DNA of 64,000 nt. It comes from a virus. Within the stretch, counting starts at the first letter, position 1. The number at the start of each line of letters is the position of its first letter. The notes under the pieces are model-generated. The model was not told the DNA's origin, made no database searches, and was given only the letters and a program-made list of their open reading frames with translations. This document shows, in pieces, positions 28,240 to 38,198 of the stretch. Where the stretch lies: IMG/VR virus record IMGVR_UViG_3300050026_000481, positions 1 through 64,000 of that record; one strand, given 5' to 3'. The position numbers and the translations under genes were made by a program.

Positions 28240-28245
28240 GGAACC

Positions 28246-28638
28246 GTGACTGAGGAAGCATCAGAACGTAGGAAGTATTGTAACTGCGGCTCGAAACTTG
28301 ATTACACAGCCACCGACGGTAAAGTCCATTTAGCCTGTAGTAACTGTGAACGGACATACCCATTGGACGGCCAAATAAACACTGGTCAAGATATTACTCT
28401 TGATGATACTGATTATAGAATTCTTAAACATATAGCATTCGTAGCCTACGCTAGTCCTATGGAGCTAGCCTTGTGCGGCAAGTCATATGCTACGATAATT
28501 AGACGGGTAAGGCGGCTGGCAAAGGCTGGCTATTTGCATTTACACAAGAAGAACCTCCACCGATTATTTTTATACCGCACCGAGCGGCTGGAAGAGCTGG
28601 CGGCAGAGAAAGAGTGGTGTGGGTTGAAGAAGAAGTGA
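28246..28638 (+). CDS. Zn-ribbon plus winged-HTH regulator
   Basis: CNCG...CSNC; LDDTDYRIL...IIRRVRRLAKAGYL. Confidence 0.6.
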   Translation: MTEEASERRKYCNCGSKLDYTATDGKVHLACSNCERTYPLDGQINTGQDITLDDTDYRILKHIAFVAYASPMELALCGKSYATIIRRVRRLAKAGYLHLHKKNLHRLFLYRTERLEELAAEKEWCGLKKK

Positions 28639-28652
28639 GAAACGGTGAGTGA

Positions 28653-29183
28653 ATGAAGTATCCCAGCTTTGGTGATGACCTAGCATTCAGCCAGGAACCT
28701 AATTATCTGCAGCGCATGGAGGAATTTTATCATATCTTTTTTGCACCACTCGGCAAGGTCACTACGAAACGTATAACAGAAATTGACGAAAATAAAAAAG
28801 GGTACGACATTCTTATCATAATCGATGATGGCGAACAGTATATCAAAGTAGAAGAAAAAGCCGACCGTTATCCTTCAAAAAATATTGTGCTCGAGCTGTG
28901 GAGTGACCTAAACCATAAAGTCGGCTGGCTGTATTCCGCTCGATGTGATTGGCTTGCGTATCACTATGTAAGTACGGGGCTCACCCAGATGCTGCCGATG
29001 CCCGCGCTAAAACTTGCGTTTAAAGATAATGAGATGGAGTGGCGAGATACATACCGCGTACTCACAAAAGAGAACAGAGGTTGGACCACCCAGTTTATGC
29101 TAGTACCCTTAGATGTTTTATGGGACGCCATCAGAGGCGTTCTTGTTCACGACCACGGGATTAATCACGGCGAGAGGTGGTAA
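28653..29183 (+). CDS. PD-(D/E)XK family nuclease-like protein
   Basis: GYDILI...VEEKADR..SKNIVLE.WS..GW...CDWLAY. Confidence 0.6.
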   Translation: MKYPSFGDDLAFSQEPNYLQRMEEFYHIFFAPLGKVTTKRITEIDENKKGYDILIIIDDGEQYIKVEEKADRYPSKNIVLELWSDLNHKVGWLYSARCDWLAYHYVSTGLTQMLPMPALKLAFKDNEMEWRDTYRVLTKENRGWTTQFMLVPLDVLWDAIRGVLVHDHGINHGERW

Positions 29184-29581
29184 ACACGGAAGTAACTGCA
29201 CCAAATAGTGTAAAGATAGAAGCGCCAGATGAGCAAATCTATGAATTAATAAAACTAATCCGACAAAAATACGATAACTCTTGCCACTTCCTGCGCGGCC
29301 CTTTGTGGCGCACGGGGAAACTGACGTATAATGAGAAGCTAATCAATGTGCAGTTCCATCTGGTGAATCACCACATTTACGAAGTTCAGAAAAACGACGA
29401 CATCAAATTGGTGAAGACGTACTGGAGGGTCAGTGGAAGAGGTAATGTAAATCCTATCACTAGAGCCGAAGCTATTGAGATTATCGACAAACGAACGGAT
29501 TATGTCGAGGACTCCGATTTAGGGGAAGTACCTGCTGATGATAGCGGCGCGATTCCATATAACCCTAGTTGCGACTGGTGA
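29177..29581 (+). CDS. Hypothetical protein
   Basis: ORF track; translationally coupled to neighbours. Confidence 0.5.
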   Translation: MVNTEVTAPNSVKIEAPDEQIYELIKLIRQKYDNSCHFLRGPLWRTGKLTYNEKLINVQFHLVNHHIYEVQKNDDIKLVKTYWRVSGRGNVNPITRAEAIEIIDKRTDYVEDSDLGEVPADDSGAIPYNPSCDW

Positions 29582-29736
29582 GCCATGAAGCGGAATAAAC
29601 AAAACCAATCGCGCACCATACTCTGCGGCTGCCGGCAGTCACAGAACTATAATTTTCCTTGTACCCACGGCTTCACCGCCGAGCACAGGCGGCAGGGGTT
29701 GATGGCTCACTGTAAACGCTGCGTGGGTGGTGAACG

Positions 29737-30477
29737 GTGAAATTAACGCGCTCATATCGCAAAGGCATTGGCCGAGTATATATTGACGAGGATAAGCGAG
29801 AGTATCCATCTGTAACCACCATATTAAACGGCACACTTGCCAAAGGAATCTGGCTAGGCAAATGGCAGGACAGAATGCGCCGCGAGCAGTTCCACGCCCG
29901 TGTAGAAGTAGAATCCTTAAAAGGCTTAACCACCGAAAATGTTTACGATTGCTTCGATGATGCCCTCGCGCATCCGAATAATTATAGAGACGCGGCAGGG
30001 GATGTCGGCACCTTTTACCACAAGGCCATCGAGGCGCATTTGACTGATAACGATACAACGGAGTTCCTGATAAAGAACCCCAACGTGGAAGGTGTTTTAA
30101 GTAGTTTATATGAGTGGGAATGTGCGACAAAACTTACCCCTATTCATGTAGAACAATATATCGCAAGCCCGCGGTACGGATACGGTGGAACGATAGACTT
30201 GGTTGGCACGCAGGACAAAACCCTCGCGCTTTTCGATTTCAAAACCGGCAGCCTACAGGATGACGCCCTGCTGCAGCTCGCAGCATACTCGATGGCGTAT
30301 CAGGAAATCTACGGTAGGCGGCCAGATAAAACGGCATTCATTAAGGTAGATGTAGCTAAGGGCACTATAAAAGAAGCACCGCCGCTATCATACCATGAAA
30401 TCTCACAATACTTTGATTTGTTCCTTTCAGCTTTTAAGCTGTGGAAATGGAGACAACTAAAACAATTCGGAGGTTAA
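29737..30477 (+). CDS. PD-(D/E)XK exonuclease (RecB/Cas4-like viral exonuclease)
   Basis: YPSVTTIL; GTFYHKAIE; E..I..YGGTIDL..FDFKTG; QLAAY. Confidence 0.85.
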   Translation: MKLTRSYRKGIGRVYIDEDKREYPSVTTILNGTLAKGIWLGKWQDRMRREQFHARVEVESLKGLTTENVYDCFDDALAHPNNYRDAAGDVGTFYHKAIEAHLTDNDTTEFLIKNPNVEGVLSSLYEWECATKLTPIHVEQYIASPRYGYGGTIDLVGTQDKTLALFDFKTGSLQDDALLQLAAYSMAYQEIYGRRPDKTAFIKVDVAKGTIKEAPPLSYHEISQYFDLFLSAFKLWKWRQLKQFGG

Positions 30478-30479
30478 AG

Positions 30480-30671
30480 GTGAAGTATAAAATCTTAATT
30501 GGAATCCTAATCGCGGCATTGATTTTAACAGCAATTCCCACTGCCGCCGCACCGAACGAAACCTGCGTAGCTACAGTTTGCGCGCAGTGTACGAGCTGCG
30601 CGAGCAGCCACCCATCGGAATGCTCTGCAGGTAGTTGCCCAGCGCACGGGTTGATTGCTAATGCCACCTGA
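30480..30671 (+). CDS. Secreted Cys-rich peptide
   Basis: GGAGG RBS plus GTG; signal peptide then six Cys. Confidence 0.5.
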   Translation: MKYKILIGILIAALILTAIPTAAAPNETCVATVCAQCTSCASSHPSECSAGSCPAHGLIANAT

Positions 30672-30815
30672 AAGTGACTTGTTGGAACCAATAATACTAT
30701 TCGTGGTCCTACTCGCCGCCTTCAGCGCGGCAAGGATACTCTGGGCTTGGTGGGATTCTCGCAATCTGCGCAAGGCAGAGGAACTCAACGGTATGCGCTG
30801 GAGGTGGATGCGGTA

Positions 30816-31049
30816 ATGAATCTTGAAAATCCTGAGATGGAATCACTCAAAGAGGAGAATCAACAATTAAAGAGGGATATCGAATATTTAGCCTCAGAGC
30901 GTGCCAATGAGAAACGGCGCGCAGAGAAGTTGGAAGAGCAGATGAAAACAATGCGCATGCTCTACGAGGCCGAAGCCAGCGAAGCGGATGACCTTGCTCA
31001 TGAGGTATCACGACTTAACAAGGTTCTCAAGGAGAAGAATGGTAAATAA
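30816..31049 (+). CDS. Coiled-coil hypothetical protein
   Basis: Heptads; GGAGGTGG RBS. Confidence 0.5.
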   Translation: MNLENPEMESLKEENQQLKRDIEYLASERANEKRRAEKLEEQMKTMRMLYEAEASEADDLAHEVSRLNKVLKEKNGK

Positions 31050-32463
31050 GCCGACTTACCCCTGTAAAACCCTTAACGCTGGTATGATGCTCGGGCCGGT
31101 ATGGTGCGACTCGTATGTCAATTGGGGTACGCACTATTCACTCACCAACGGTTCCGGTTCAATCTCAAACCGCACATGCGCCGGAGCTATAGTAACAAAA
31201 ACTAATATCGGTTCTGATAACACAAAAGCATACATGATGGCCCCCGATGCTAACGGCACAAAGTGGGACTTGTATTTTGACTTGGAATACGGTCAAGCAA
31301 TTAACTATAATACCGCAGCCCAAGGACAACCGAGTCTCACGGTACTTGAGGACTTTGCCAACTACTATGTGTCTCTTGCAGAGGATATGGGTCTAAAATG
31401 GTGGCTGGAAGTTTCAGAAGTCACGAACAGCGGAAATTATACCTATCAGTCGCCATATTCTGCGTACGAATCAGTACTTGGCCCATGGTGCGATTATATC
31501 GAAAACAATTGTTCTAAAAACTTTGTAGGGTACAGTGTCGAAGTCGCATATGAAAACTTCTTTAGGTGGCTCCGACCGCGCACAACGTATGCGATAGCGA
31601 ACAAAGAGTGGAGCGGATACACGTACTCAGCACTACTTCAGTATAAAGACCCGACGACGGGAGTGACGGGATATGCCACGCCAGCTCAAAGGTTAGCGGA
31701 GATTGACCAACTCGTTGTTGAAGTATTTACCCCCGACCCATCGCAGATGTTCGACCTCTGGGTCGCAAACCTAGGGGCGTATGCTGCACAGTTCCCTAAC
31801 CTTCCGATTATACTAAACGTAGACCAAATAGGCAATAAAGAATCGTGGACTGGTGGCCCACCTCCAGCGGGGTCGCCGGTTGACGGCGGGCAGGGGTACT
31901 GGTATCCTGATACATCACCATTTACTACGACCGTTAATACCAATAGGTTAGCGAACGAACGCCAGGTATTTCTTAAACGAGCACAGAAGTTACGTGATAT
32001 CCTAATAGCGGCGCGCGGGCGAGCGTTTGACGGCGTTATCTACAACTTCGTAAACTCGGACTTTTGGCCGTATGGCACCGCACCGACGGTTAGCTGGCAT
32101 CTTGGATTTGTTGATTCTATATTATCGACGATAGTAGGAGGTGATAATACGACAACATTAAACCCATCGACAAGCAATTCAGCTTCCATTATCATTGGCG
32201 ACGCACCGGTGGCCTCGACGCTCACGGCAAGTTGCCCCACTACAGGCACGACGGGAGCAGCATTCGCTGTGACAGGGAAACTCACGCGAAATGACACCGG
32301 CGCAGGGGTCAGTGGCATGACCATACAACTGCAGCAAAACGGGACAAACGTGGCAGGTAAGACCGCTACAACGGCATCCGACGGCACGTATACAATCTCG
32401 ATGACTGAAACCGCGGCAGGGACGTATCAACTTCAGACAACCTTTGCGGGTGGAAGCGTATGA
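31039..32463 (+). CDS. Glycoside-hydrolase-like protein with C-terminal Ig-like domain
   Basis: Aromatic-rich alpha/beta region (AEDMGLKWWLE; NFVGYSVE); C-terminal STLTAS...VTGKL...TASDGTY...FAG Ig fold. Confidence 0.45.
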   Translation: MVNKPTYPCKTLNAGMMLGPVWCDSYVNWGTHYSLTNGSGSISNRTCAGAIVTKTNIGSDNTKAYMMAPDANGTKWDLYFDLEYGQAINYNTAAQGQPSLTVLEDFANYYVSLAEDMGLKWWLEVSEVTNSGNYTYQSPYSAYESVLGPWCDYIENNCSKNFVGYSVEVAYENFFRWLRPRTTYAIANKEWSGYTYSALLQYKDPTTGVTGYATPAQRLAEIDQLVVEVFTPDPSQMFDLWVANLGAYAAQFPNLPIILNVDQIGNKESWTGGPPPAGSPVDGGQGYWYPDTSPFTTTVNTNRLANERQVFLKRAQKLRDILIAARGRAFDGVIYNFVNSDFWPYGTAPTVSWHLGFVDSILSTIVGGDNTTTLNPSTSNSASIIIGDAPVASTLTASCPTTGTTGAAFAVTGKLTRNDTGAGVSGMTIQLQQNGTNVAGKTATTASDGTYTISMTETAAGTYQLQTTFAGGSV

Positions 32464-32592
32464 CAGTACTGAAAGGTTCAACAAGCAAACCTGAGAAAAT
32501 AGTAGTTAAGAAAAAATGCTTTGTGAGGGTGGCATTAAAGAAGTTGAGAAGGTCATAAAGCCTTCTCTTTTTAATATTACAAGGAGATACTA

Positions 32593-33780
32593 ATGGTAAA
32601 TCATTCAATGGTGTATTTTGTATCAGGAGATTCGTATTCAGACCTTAACGCGCTTAAGAGCGCTGGAATAGTGGACTTACATTTCGTCATCCACGGCGGC
32701 GGCAGCTCAGCGCCTACAAGTGTAGTATCCGACTGCAACGCCGCAGGGATGTCACCCATTCTAAACAACGGAAATGATGGTTCTGCAGGATGGGACGGCT
32801 CAGACAGTTACAATGCAAACCTAGCCGCACAAGGCTGGCACGCTGTTGGTGGGGAATCAGAGCAAGCGCCCGAGATTGATTCTATCATGAATCATTTAAT
32901 CTTTCTTGACTATGGCGGCGAAGGGACTGGCGGTGGGACCAACGACGATGTGTGGGCAGCTACACACTCAGCGCCAGTTCATGACCACGGCTGCGCAGGC
33001 TACTACGAGACCTACGATGGTTCATCTAATTTTTGGGGATGGGGTACTATAGGCCACAGCCTGCTCGACTGCAAAGCTCATGGCGTCAAAGAAATCGGCA
33101 TAATGGTTGGCACATGGATGATTAACCATAGTTCAGCGCAGGACTACATCACCCTCGCGCAGAATATGGAATCTAACGGAATTACCTGTGCAGGGATAGG
33201 TGTCTGGGGCGGCTACGGAAACAACGCGAATAACGTCTACAATACTTTCGCTTCATGGTACAAACAGTGGCAGGCAATCTGGCCGCCGGAAACACGCACG
33301 ATGAAAGAACGTTATACTCCCGGTCCAGGACCTGCACCCCCGGCACCAACAACCCTCACCTTCGCCTCAGCCCCCACCGCCTGCTCGCAAGGCGTAGGCA
33401 GTCTCGATGTCTTTGTCGAAGGCTCTGATGGCGCACTATGGCACGGTTATCCCACTACAACAACCTGGAAATGGGAAACTCTTTTTGGTACCATAACGTC
33501 CGCACCAGCGGCAACATACCGCGCTAACGGCCTGGACGTCGTCGCACGCGGCAGCGACGGTGCGCTCTGGTACCGCCACATGCCAGCACCGCCACCATTT
33601 GCATGGGACCCCTGGATATCTCTTGGTGGTGCGATACTGAAGGGTACAGGCCCTACCATTACATCAAGAGACGCGGACAGCCTCGACGTCTTTGTAATCG
33701 GCACCGATTCGGCCCTTTACCGTAAATCCCTTTCCGGTTCGGTCTGGTCCGCATGGGTAAAGGAGGCAACAAAGGCGTAA
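32593..33780 (+). CDS. Glycoside-hydrolase-like protein with C-terminal PLL/DUF346-like propeller repeats
   Basis: AQGWHAVGGESE..MNH..FLDYGG..YYETY..EIGIMVG; Pro linker; LDVFVxGSDGALWH repeats. Confidence 0.55.
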   Translation: MVNHSMVYFVSGDSYSDLNALKSAGIVDLHFVIHGGGSSAPTSVVSDCNAAGMSPILNNGNDGSAGWDGSDSYNANLAAQGWHAVGGESEQAPEIDSIMNHLIFLDYGGEGTGGGTNDDVWAATHSAPVHDHGCAGYYETYDGSSNFWGWGTIGHSLLDCKAHGVKEIGIMVGTWMINHSSAQDYITLAQNMESNGITCAGIGVWGGYGNNANNVYNTFASWYKQWQAIWPPETRTMKERYTPGPGPAPPAPTTLTFASAPTACSQGVGSLDVFVEGSDGALWHGYPTTTTWKWETLFGTITSAPAATYRANGLDVVARGSDGALWYRHMPAPPPFAWDPWISLGGAILKGTGPTITSRDADSLDVFVIGTDSALYRKSLSGSVWSAWVKEATKA

Positions 33781-33957
33781 TGACCAAAAAAAGGCCGTGC
33801 CAGTGTGAAAATTGTACTAGAATCAATATAGAAGAGGGTGTTATCGTCTATGAAGACATAGGCGAAACACTCTTCTGCGTGTTGAAAGATGTGTGGGTAT
33901 CCCCAGGGTACCTATGCGATGAATTTTTCCCAAATTGTTGGTGACCGGAGGCTAAAA

Positions 33958-34092
33958 ATGTCAAAAGGTTACAAGCCAGTTTACATCAGCCCCGACCATT
34001 ATGACAGAATAATCGCCAAGGCAAAGGTTGAGGTGTGTACAAACGCGCAGGTTGGAGAGTGTCTGATACGGCAGTTCCTTGAAGAGGTTTGA
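33958..34092 (+). CDS. Ribbon-helix-helix-like small regulator
   Basis: YKPVYISPDHYDRI..AK...LIRQFL; GGAGG RBS. Confidence 0.5.
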   Translation: MSKGYKPVYISPDHYDRIIAKAKVEVCTNAQVGECLIRQFLEEV

Positions 34093-34095
34093 GAA

Positions 34096-34485
34096 ATGCC
34101 CAACAAATGCCCCCACTGCAAAGGCCTAGTAGATAACCCCCGATACGTCACCTGCAGCCACTGCCGGCAGAAGGCAGCCGCTGCCACGAGAAGGCGGCGG
34201 GATGCACGTAAGGATGCAGGAAAGTGTTCAATTTGTGGGGTAGCAAAAGCAGATGACGGTTTCATTCGGTGCCTGACCTGTAGAGAAAAAGACAGGAGTT
34301 ACCGCCCGCGTCGAAGGCCTGAGTTCAAACATGAGCCAAGGCATTCGGTAAACGCAAAAGTCCAAATTAAGACTGAGTTTATAGAGCTGCTTGAGGGAAA
34401 GGCGGCAGAGAAAGGTGTGAGTAAACAAGTATTGTTTGAAGAGTTGATTGATAAGTACATTGAGAAGGTTGTGGTGTGGACGTGA
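34096..34485 (+). CDS. Tandem Zn-finger repeats fused to a C-terminal RHH domain
   Basis: CPHC..YVTCSHCR; CSICG..DGFIRCLTCRE; VQIKTEFIELLEGKAAEKGVSKQVLFEELIDKY. Confidence 0.6.
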   Translation: MPNKCPHCKGLVDNPRYVTCSHCRQKAAAATRRRRDARKDAGKCSICGVAKADDGFIRCLTCREKDRSYRPRRRPEFKHEPRHSVNAKVQIKTEFIELLEGKAAEKGVSKQVLFEELIDKYIEKVVVWT

Positions 34486-34969
34486 CTTTTTATTGTTCCA
34501 CGTGTAATAAACAGATTTCAGACATGCATCAAACGTATATCGGTGGAGAAATCCTCTGCCAACTCTGCGCAGACAAATTAACCCGCCACTGGTATGAGAG
34601 TTGGGGATTCATACTAGCGCTTAATAAGGATTTTACGACTGAAAAAGGCGAGGAAGAACGGCACTACGGATGAGCTTAATATGCAAACGGGAAGAATCAA
34701 AGCACTACAACTACCAATGCGCCAAAGGCTACACTGGGCTCGATAAGGAAATGATACGAAGGTACTGTAAAGATTGTTTACGCGAGCAAGCGGCAGAGAA
34801 AGAGTAAATGACAGGACATTATCATCCGTGTGTAAACTGCACTAACGCACAAGACGCGTTCTATCAAGATATGTTCTATTGCGCGGCAAGGAACAGACAG
34901 ATTCCAATTAGAGAAGTAATGACCGGCTGTGAGTATTACGAACGTAGATTGGATAAGGAGATGGTTTAA

Positions 34970-35170
34970 ACGTCACAAGACGAAGTAGAATCCATACTCA
35001 AACTAACCAACCGCTCTATGTCCGCCAAAGAGATAGCTATTATACTAGGCGCGAATCCTAATACCACACAGCACAACCTCAAGTTTCTCACCAAAGCCGG
35101 CAAAGTTCACTGCTGGCGGCCGCGGATGTGGGGTAGGACTAGTCATCATGTGTACCGTATTAAGATGTAA
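34970..35170 (+). CDS. Winged-HTH protein with apparent ACG start
   Basis: (T)SQDEVESILKLTNRSMSAKEIAIILGANPNTTQHNLKFLTKAGKV; similar to 41279..41476. Confidence 0.55.
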   Translation, partial: TSQDEVESILKLTNRSMSAKEIAIILGANPNTTQHNLKFLTKAGKVHCWRPRMWGRTSHHVYRIKM

Positions 35171-35489
35171 CGATTGCCGTTTAGCACAGCACGATGGTAA
35201 GAAGCTGCGGTGTACAGAGACTGGTACATTCATCAGTCCGTTTGCCACCGTCTGCCATAAGTTCCAGCCGCGGGGGAAGAATACGATAGGCAGTGGCCTC
35301 ATAAGAATCCTGAGAGACAAAGAAGGCCGCAGCGACAAGGAAAAAGGCGGCATAACTAAAGAAGACTTAAAAGAAGCGCAAGAATCAACGAGTAAATTCG
35401 CTAAGGTGCTCGAAAAGAATAAAGAGAAAATGGAAGAGGCATTCAAGTCACTTAGAATAGACGATGAGGATACAGAATCTGAGGAATAA
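35148..35489 (+). CDS. 4-Cys hypothetical protein with charged tail
   Basis: CNDC...C...CHKF. Confidence 0.45.
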   Translation: MCTVLRCNDCRLAQHDGKKLRCTETGTFISPFATVCHKFQPRGKNTIGSGLIRILRDKEGRSDKEKGGITKEDLKEAQESTSKFAKVLEKNKEKMEEAFKSLRIDDEDTESEE

Positions 35490-35508
35490 CCACTGGTAAA
35501 CTTGTAAG

Positions 35509-36096
35509 ATGCCTATCTGTAAGTGCAGCTTTTGTAATAGGAAGAATCAGCCAGTAGAATGGTTTAGTGTTAACCCGAAAACTGATGAGCGATATAAGAC
35601 GTGTGACAAAGGCCGCGAACATAATAAGCGATGCTGTAGGGGCTTCACACACTTAGAAATGAATATATTATGTGAATGGTGTGGTCAGAACGTTGTCACA
35701 GGAAGACGGTCCCAACGTTTTTGTAGTGCGGAACATAGGACATTATGGCATTCTAAGAATCTCAATGTACGGGGTAAGGCCAAAGAGCGAGTACGGGGCA
35801 CAATTTATCGGGCGCAAAGGAAGGGTATAGAGTTTTCAATTACGCGAGAGTATGCATATGCGCTTGTAAGAAGTAGATGCTATATATGTGGGGGGATAGA
35901 ATCATCAGGGATAGTAGGACTTGACCGTATAGACAATGATGAAGGGTACACGTATTCAAACACAGTAGCATGTTGTGGCCACTGTAATACTTGCAAGAAT
36001 GCATTTACAATTCCACAGATGCGAAAGGTTATAGAAACATATGATAAAATGCAAGCAGTTAAGCCGTCAGCCGCGCCAGAGAAAGCGGCAAGGTAA
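35509..36096 (+). CDS. His-Me finger (HNH/EndoVII-like) endonuclease
   Basis: AQRKGIEFSIT...CYICG..GLDRIDNDEGYTYSNTVACCGHCNTCK. Confidence 0.8.
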   Translation: MPICKCSFCNRKNQPVEWFSVNPKTDERYKTCDKGREHNKRCCRGFTHLEMNILCEWCGQNVVTGRRSQRFCSAEHRTLWHSKNLNVRGKAKERVRGTIYRAQRKGIEFSITREYAYALVRSRCYICGGIESSGIVGLDRIDNDEGYTYSNTVACCGHCNTCKNAFTIPQMRKVIETYDKMQAVKPSAAPEKAAR

Positions 36097-36431
36097 ATCA
36101 AATGAATGTTATCTTTAAACATAACGAAACTAAGCGGATAGTAATAGAGTGAAGAGTAATGGATGAATAACTACATAACCAACTAAGAACAGTATTATCA
36201 GATGAAGATAGAGAGATACGTGGAATAGCATGTGGTATTGTACAGGTAATGCACAGCATTAACATAAGTGAGGAGAGTATATAAAGAACAAGGAGATATA
36301 ACGTAAAGAAAGGATTAAGATAGATTAATGTACGTTAATACTTACACATCTATATACACACATAACAAACAGAAACAGATGGAAAGCAAACAATACGCCG
36401 AAGGCGTCAATATAACAATCGGAGAACGCTA

Positions 36432-36794
36432 ATGCCACGCAAGGATGAGAAGAGTTACAACAAGTATATGCGCAACTATATGCGCAGGCAACGGTCAGCG
36501 GCTAAGGTTGCCGGGTTGTTAGAGGACGGCAAGACCGAGGAGGCAGAGGCAGAGAGGCAAAGGCTTGAGGTAGAGGAAGAGAAGCAAGAGTTCAAGATGG
36601 AAGAGGCAGAGGACCTGCGCCTCATAGTCGAGGATGCAATCAAGGAACTACGGGCCGAGGAAGGCTTGGACCCAGTAATCAAAGCACGTGCTATCTTCCA
36701 GGGTGCGGAAACCGCATTGAAGTTGCTGAAGCTAACCGATTTGGCCAAGAAGGTGAAGGAACTACAAGAGGAGAAGGAGGACTCAGGGGTCTAA
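36432..36794 (+). CDS. Putative terminase small subunit
   Basis: Basic N-terminus, helical KARAIF...LKLLKLTDLAKKVKELQE; upstream of TerL. Positional inference. Confidence 0.4.
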   Translation: MPRKDEKSYNKYMRNYMRRQRSAAKVAGLLEDGKTEEAEAERQRLEVEEEKQEFKMEEAEDLRLIVEDAIKELRAEEGLDPVIKARAIFQGAETALKLLKLTDLAKKVKELQEEKEDSGV

Positions 36795-36905
36795 AGACTA
36801 AACAAAAGATACCTTTTGTTCAGTAACGGAGGCCGTCCTGCCCTCTATAGGAAGACTTTGCCGAGATAGAAAGGAGATATATAAACCTTTGCTATCCTTT
36901 GGTTA

Positions 36906-37058
36906 GGATAGAACAAGAAGAAGACAAGAAGAGTAGGATAAGAAGGACAAGGAACTACCACCAACTACCACCCCAGCGGCCAACCGGCAGCGGAATTGCC
37001 GCGGCGGAAACTGAATGGCGGTAGGGGGGGTAGGGGGAGAATGGAGCTTGTTCTATCC
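36906..37058. repeat. 12-bp inverted repeat enclosing 10-bp tandem repeats and a G-rich tract
   Basis: GGATAGAACAAG (36906) / CTTGTTCTATCC (37047); AACTACCACC x2 (36953, 36963); GGTAGGGGGGGTAGGGGG. Confidence 0.75.
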
Positions 37059-37142
37059 GAATCGTCAAAATTACATGGCTGCCCTAAAAAATATCTAGGG
37101 TCAATTTTAAGCAGGTGTTAGATTGCAGGCAGCGGTTAACGG

Positions 37143-37156
37143 TTGACACTGGTTAA
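37143..37156 (-). promoter_or_regulatory. Recurrent 14-bp site TTAACCAGTGTCAA (reverse orientation)
   Basis: TTGACACTGGTTAA exact; about 20 nt upstream of TATATAAA (37178-37185) serving ATG 37212. Confidence 0.6.
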
Positions 37157-37211
37157 TTTAAATCCCTAATCAAAGGGTATATAAACCTATAGGGTAATAT
37201 CATAAGTAAGC

Positions 37212-38198
37212 ATGCCAACGTGCAAACAGTGTGATAGGGTACTAGTAACAAAGGCTACCGGTAGACCTAGAAAGTATTGTGAGGGGTGTCTACTTATAGT
37301 TAAAGCAGAACAGGCCCGGGTTAGACACATTAAAAACAAGAAACCGAAAACGTGTTTATCCTGTGGCGCACGTTTCACACAGGTCGGGCGTACTAAGTAT
37401 TGTGATACTTGCCGGCAAGTGGTCTGTGTAAAATGCCATAGACCGAAAGAGCACGATGAGTACAAAACCTGCCTAGCATGCCGCAACGTTACGCGCAAAT
37501 GGGGTAAGAACAACCCAGAATACTTTCAAAAACGCGATGAAACAAAACGCGCCAACCGACGCGCGCAAGGGTTGTGTCCGAAATGCGGAAAGCCACGGGA
37601 ATCTGAACAGTACGCAACTTGCAAGGCATGTCGAGAACGCGGGCGCGTATGGAATGCAACTTACGAATTGAAACACCCGGGATACGCGGCAGCCAACACA
37701 CGCACATGGAAACTTATTGCAAAGCAGAAAGAAGGCCGCTGTTCATCGTGCGGCCGACCCTGTGAGGATTCCGAGTACAACACCTGCCGCTACTGCCGCA
37801 GCCGCAAGAAAGCACAGAGGCACAACCGCCGCGCAGCCGCTAACGGCAACGGCGGCCGACATACGGCCGCGGACGAACGCGAACTCTTCAGCGCGCAGGA
37901 CTTCAAATGCTTCTACTGCAACCAACCCCTCTTCAAAACCCTCAACCCGGACACGAGACATATAGAACACATTAAATCAATATCAAACGGCGGCAGCAAC
38001 GCGGCTTTTAATATCGTCCGTTCTTGCGACTTATGCAATAACGACAAAGTAAGCAAATATAACGATGACGCTCCTGCTCTTCTTAATGCTCTAGCAGATA
38101 AAGGCACGATAACCGACGCAGAACTCAAGAAGAGTTTGATTGATTTATCCGCGGCGCTTAACGAGAACCTTATTTTACGTGTTTGGCGAGGTGAATAG
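37212..38198 (+). CDS. HNH endonuclease with multiple tandem Zn-finger repeats
   Basis: About five CxxC..CxxC units; QDFKCFYCN..HIEHIKSISNGGSNAAFNIVRSCDLCNNDK. Confidence 0.85.
   Translation: MPTCKQCDRVLVTKATGRPRKYCEGCLLIVKAEQARVRHIKNKKPKTCLSCGARFTQVGRTKYCDTCRQVVCVKCHRPKEHDEYKTCLACRNVTRKWGKNNPEYFQKRDETKRANRRAQGLCPKCGKPRESEQYATCKACRERGRVWNATYELKHPGYAAANTRTWKLIAKQKEGRCSSCGRPCEDSEYNTCRYCRSRKKAQRHNRRAAANGNGGRHTAADERELFSAQDFKCFYCNQPLFKTLNPDTRHIEHIKSISNGGSNAAFNIVRSCDLCNNDKVSKYNDDAPALLNALADKGTITDAELKKSLIDLSAALNENLILRVWRGE

Noticed and set aside
29737-30477. Cas4 as part of a CRISPR system
   Set aside because: It lacks the four Fe-S cysteines and any cas context; it fits a standalone viral PD-(D/E)XK exonuclease.
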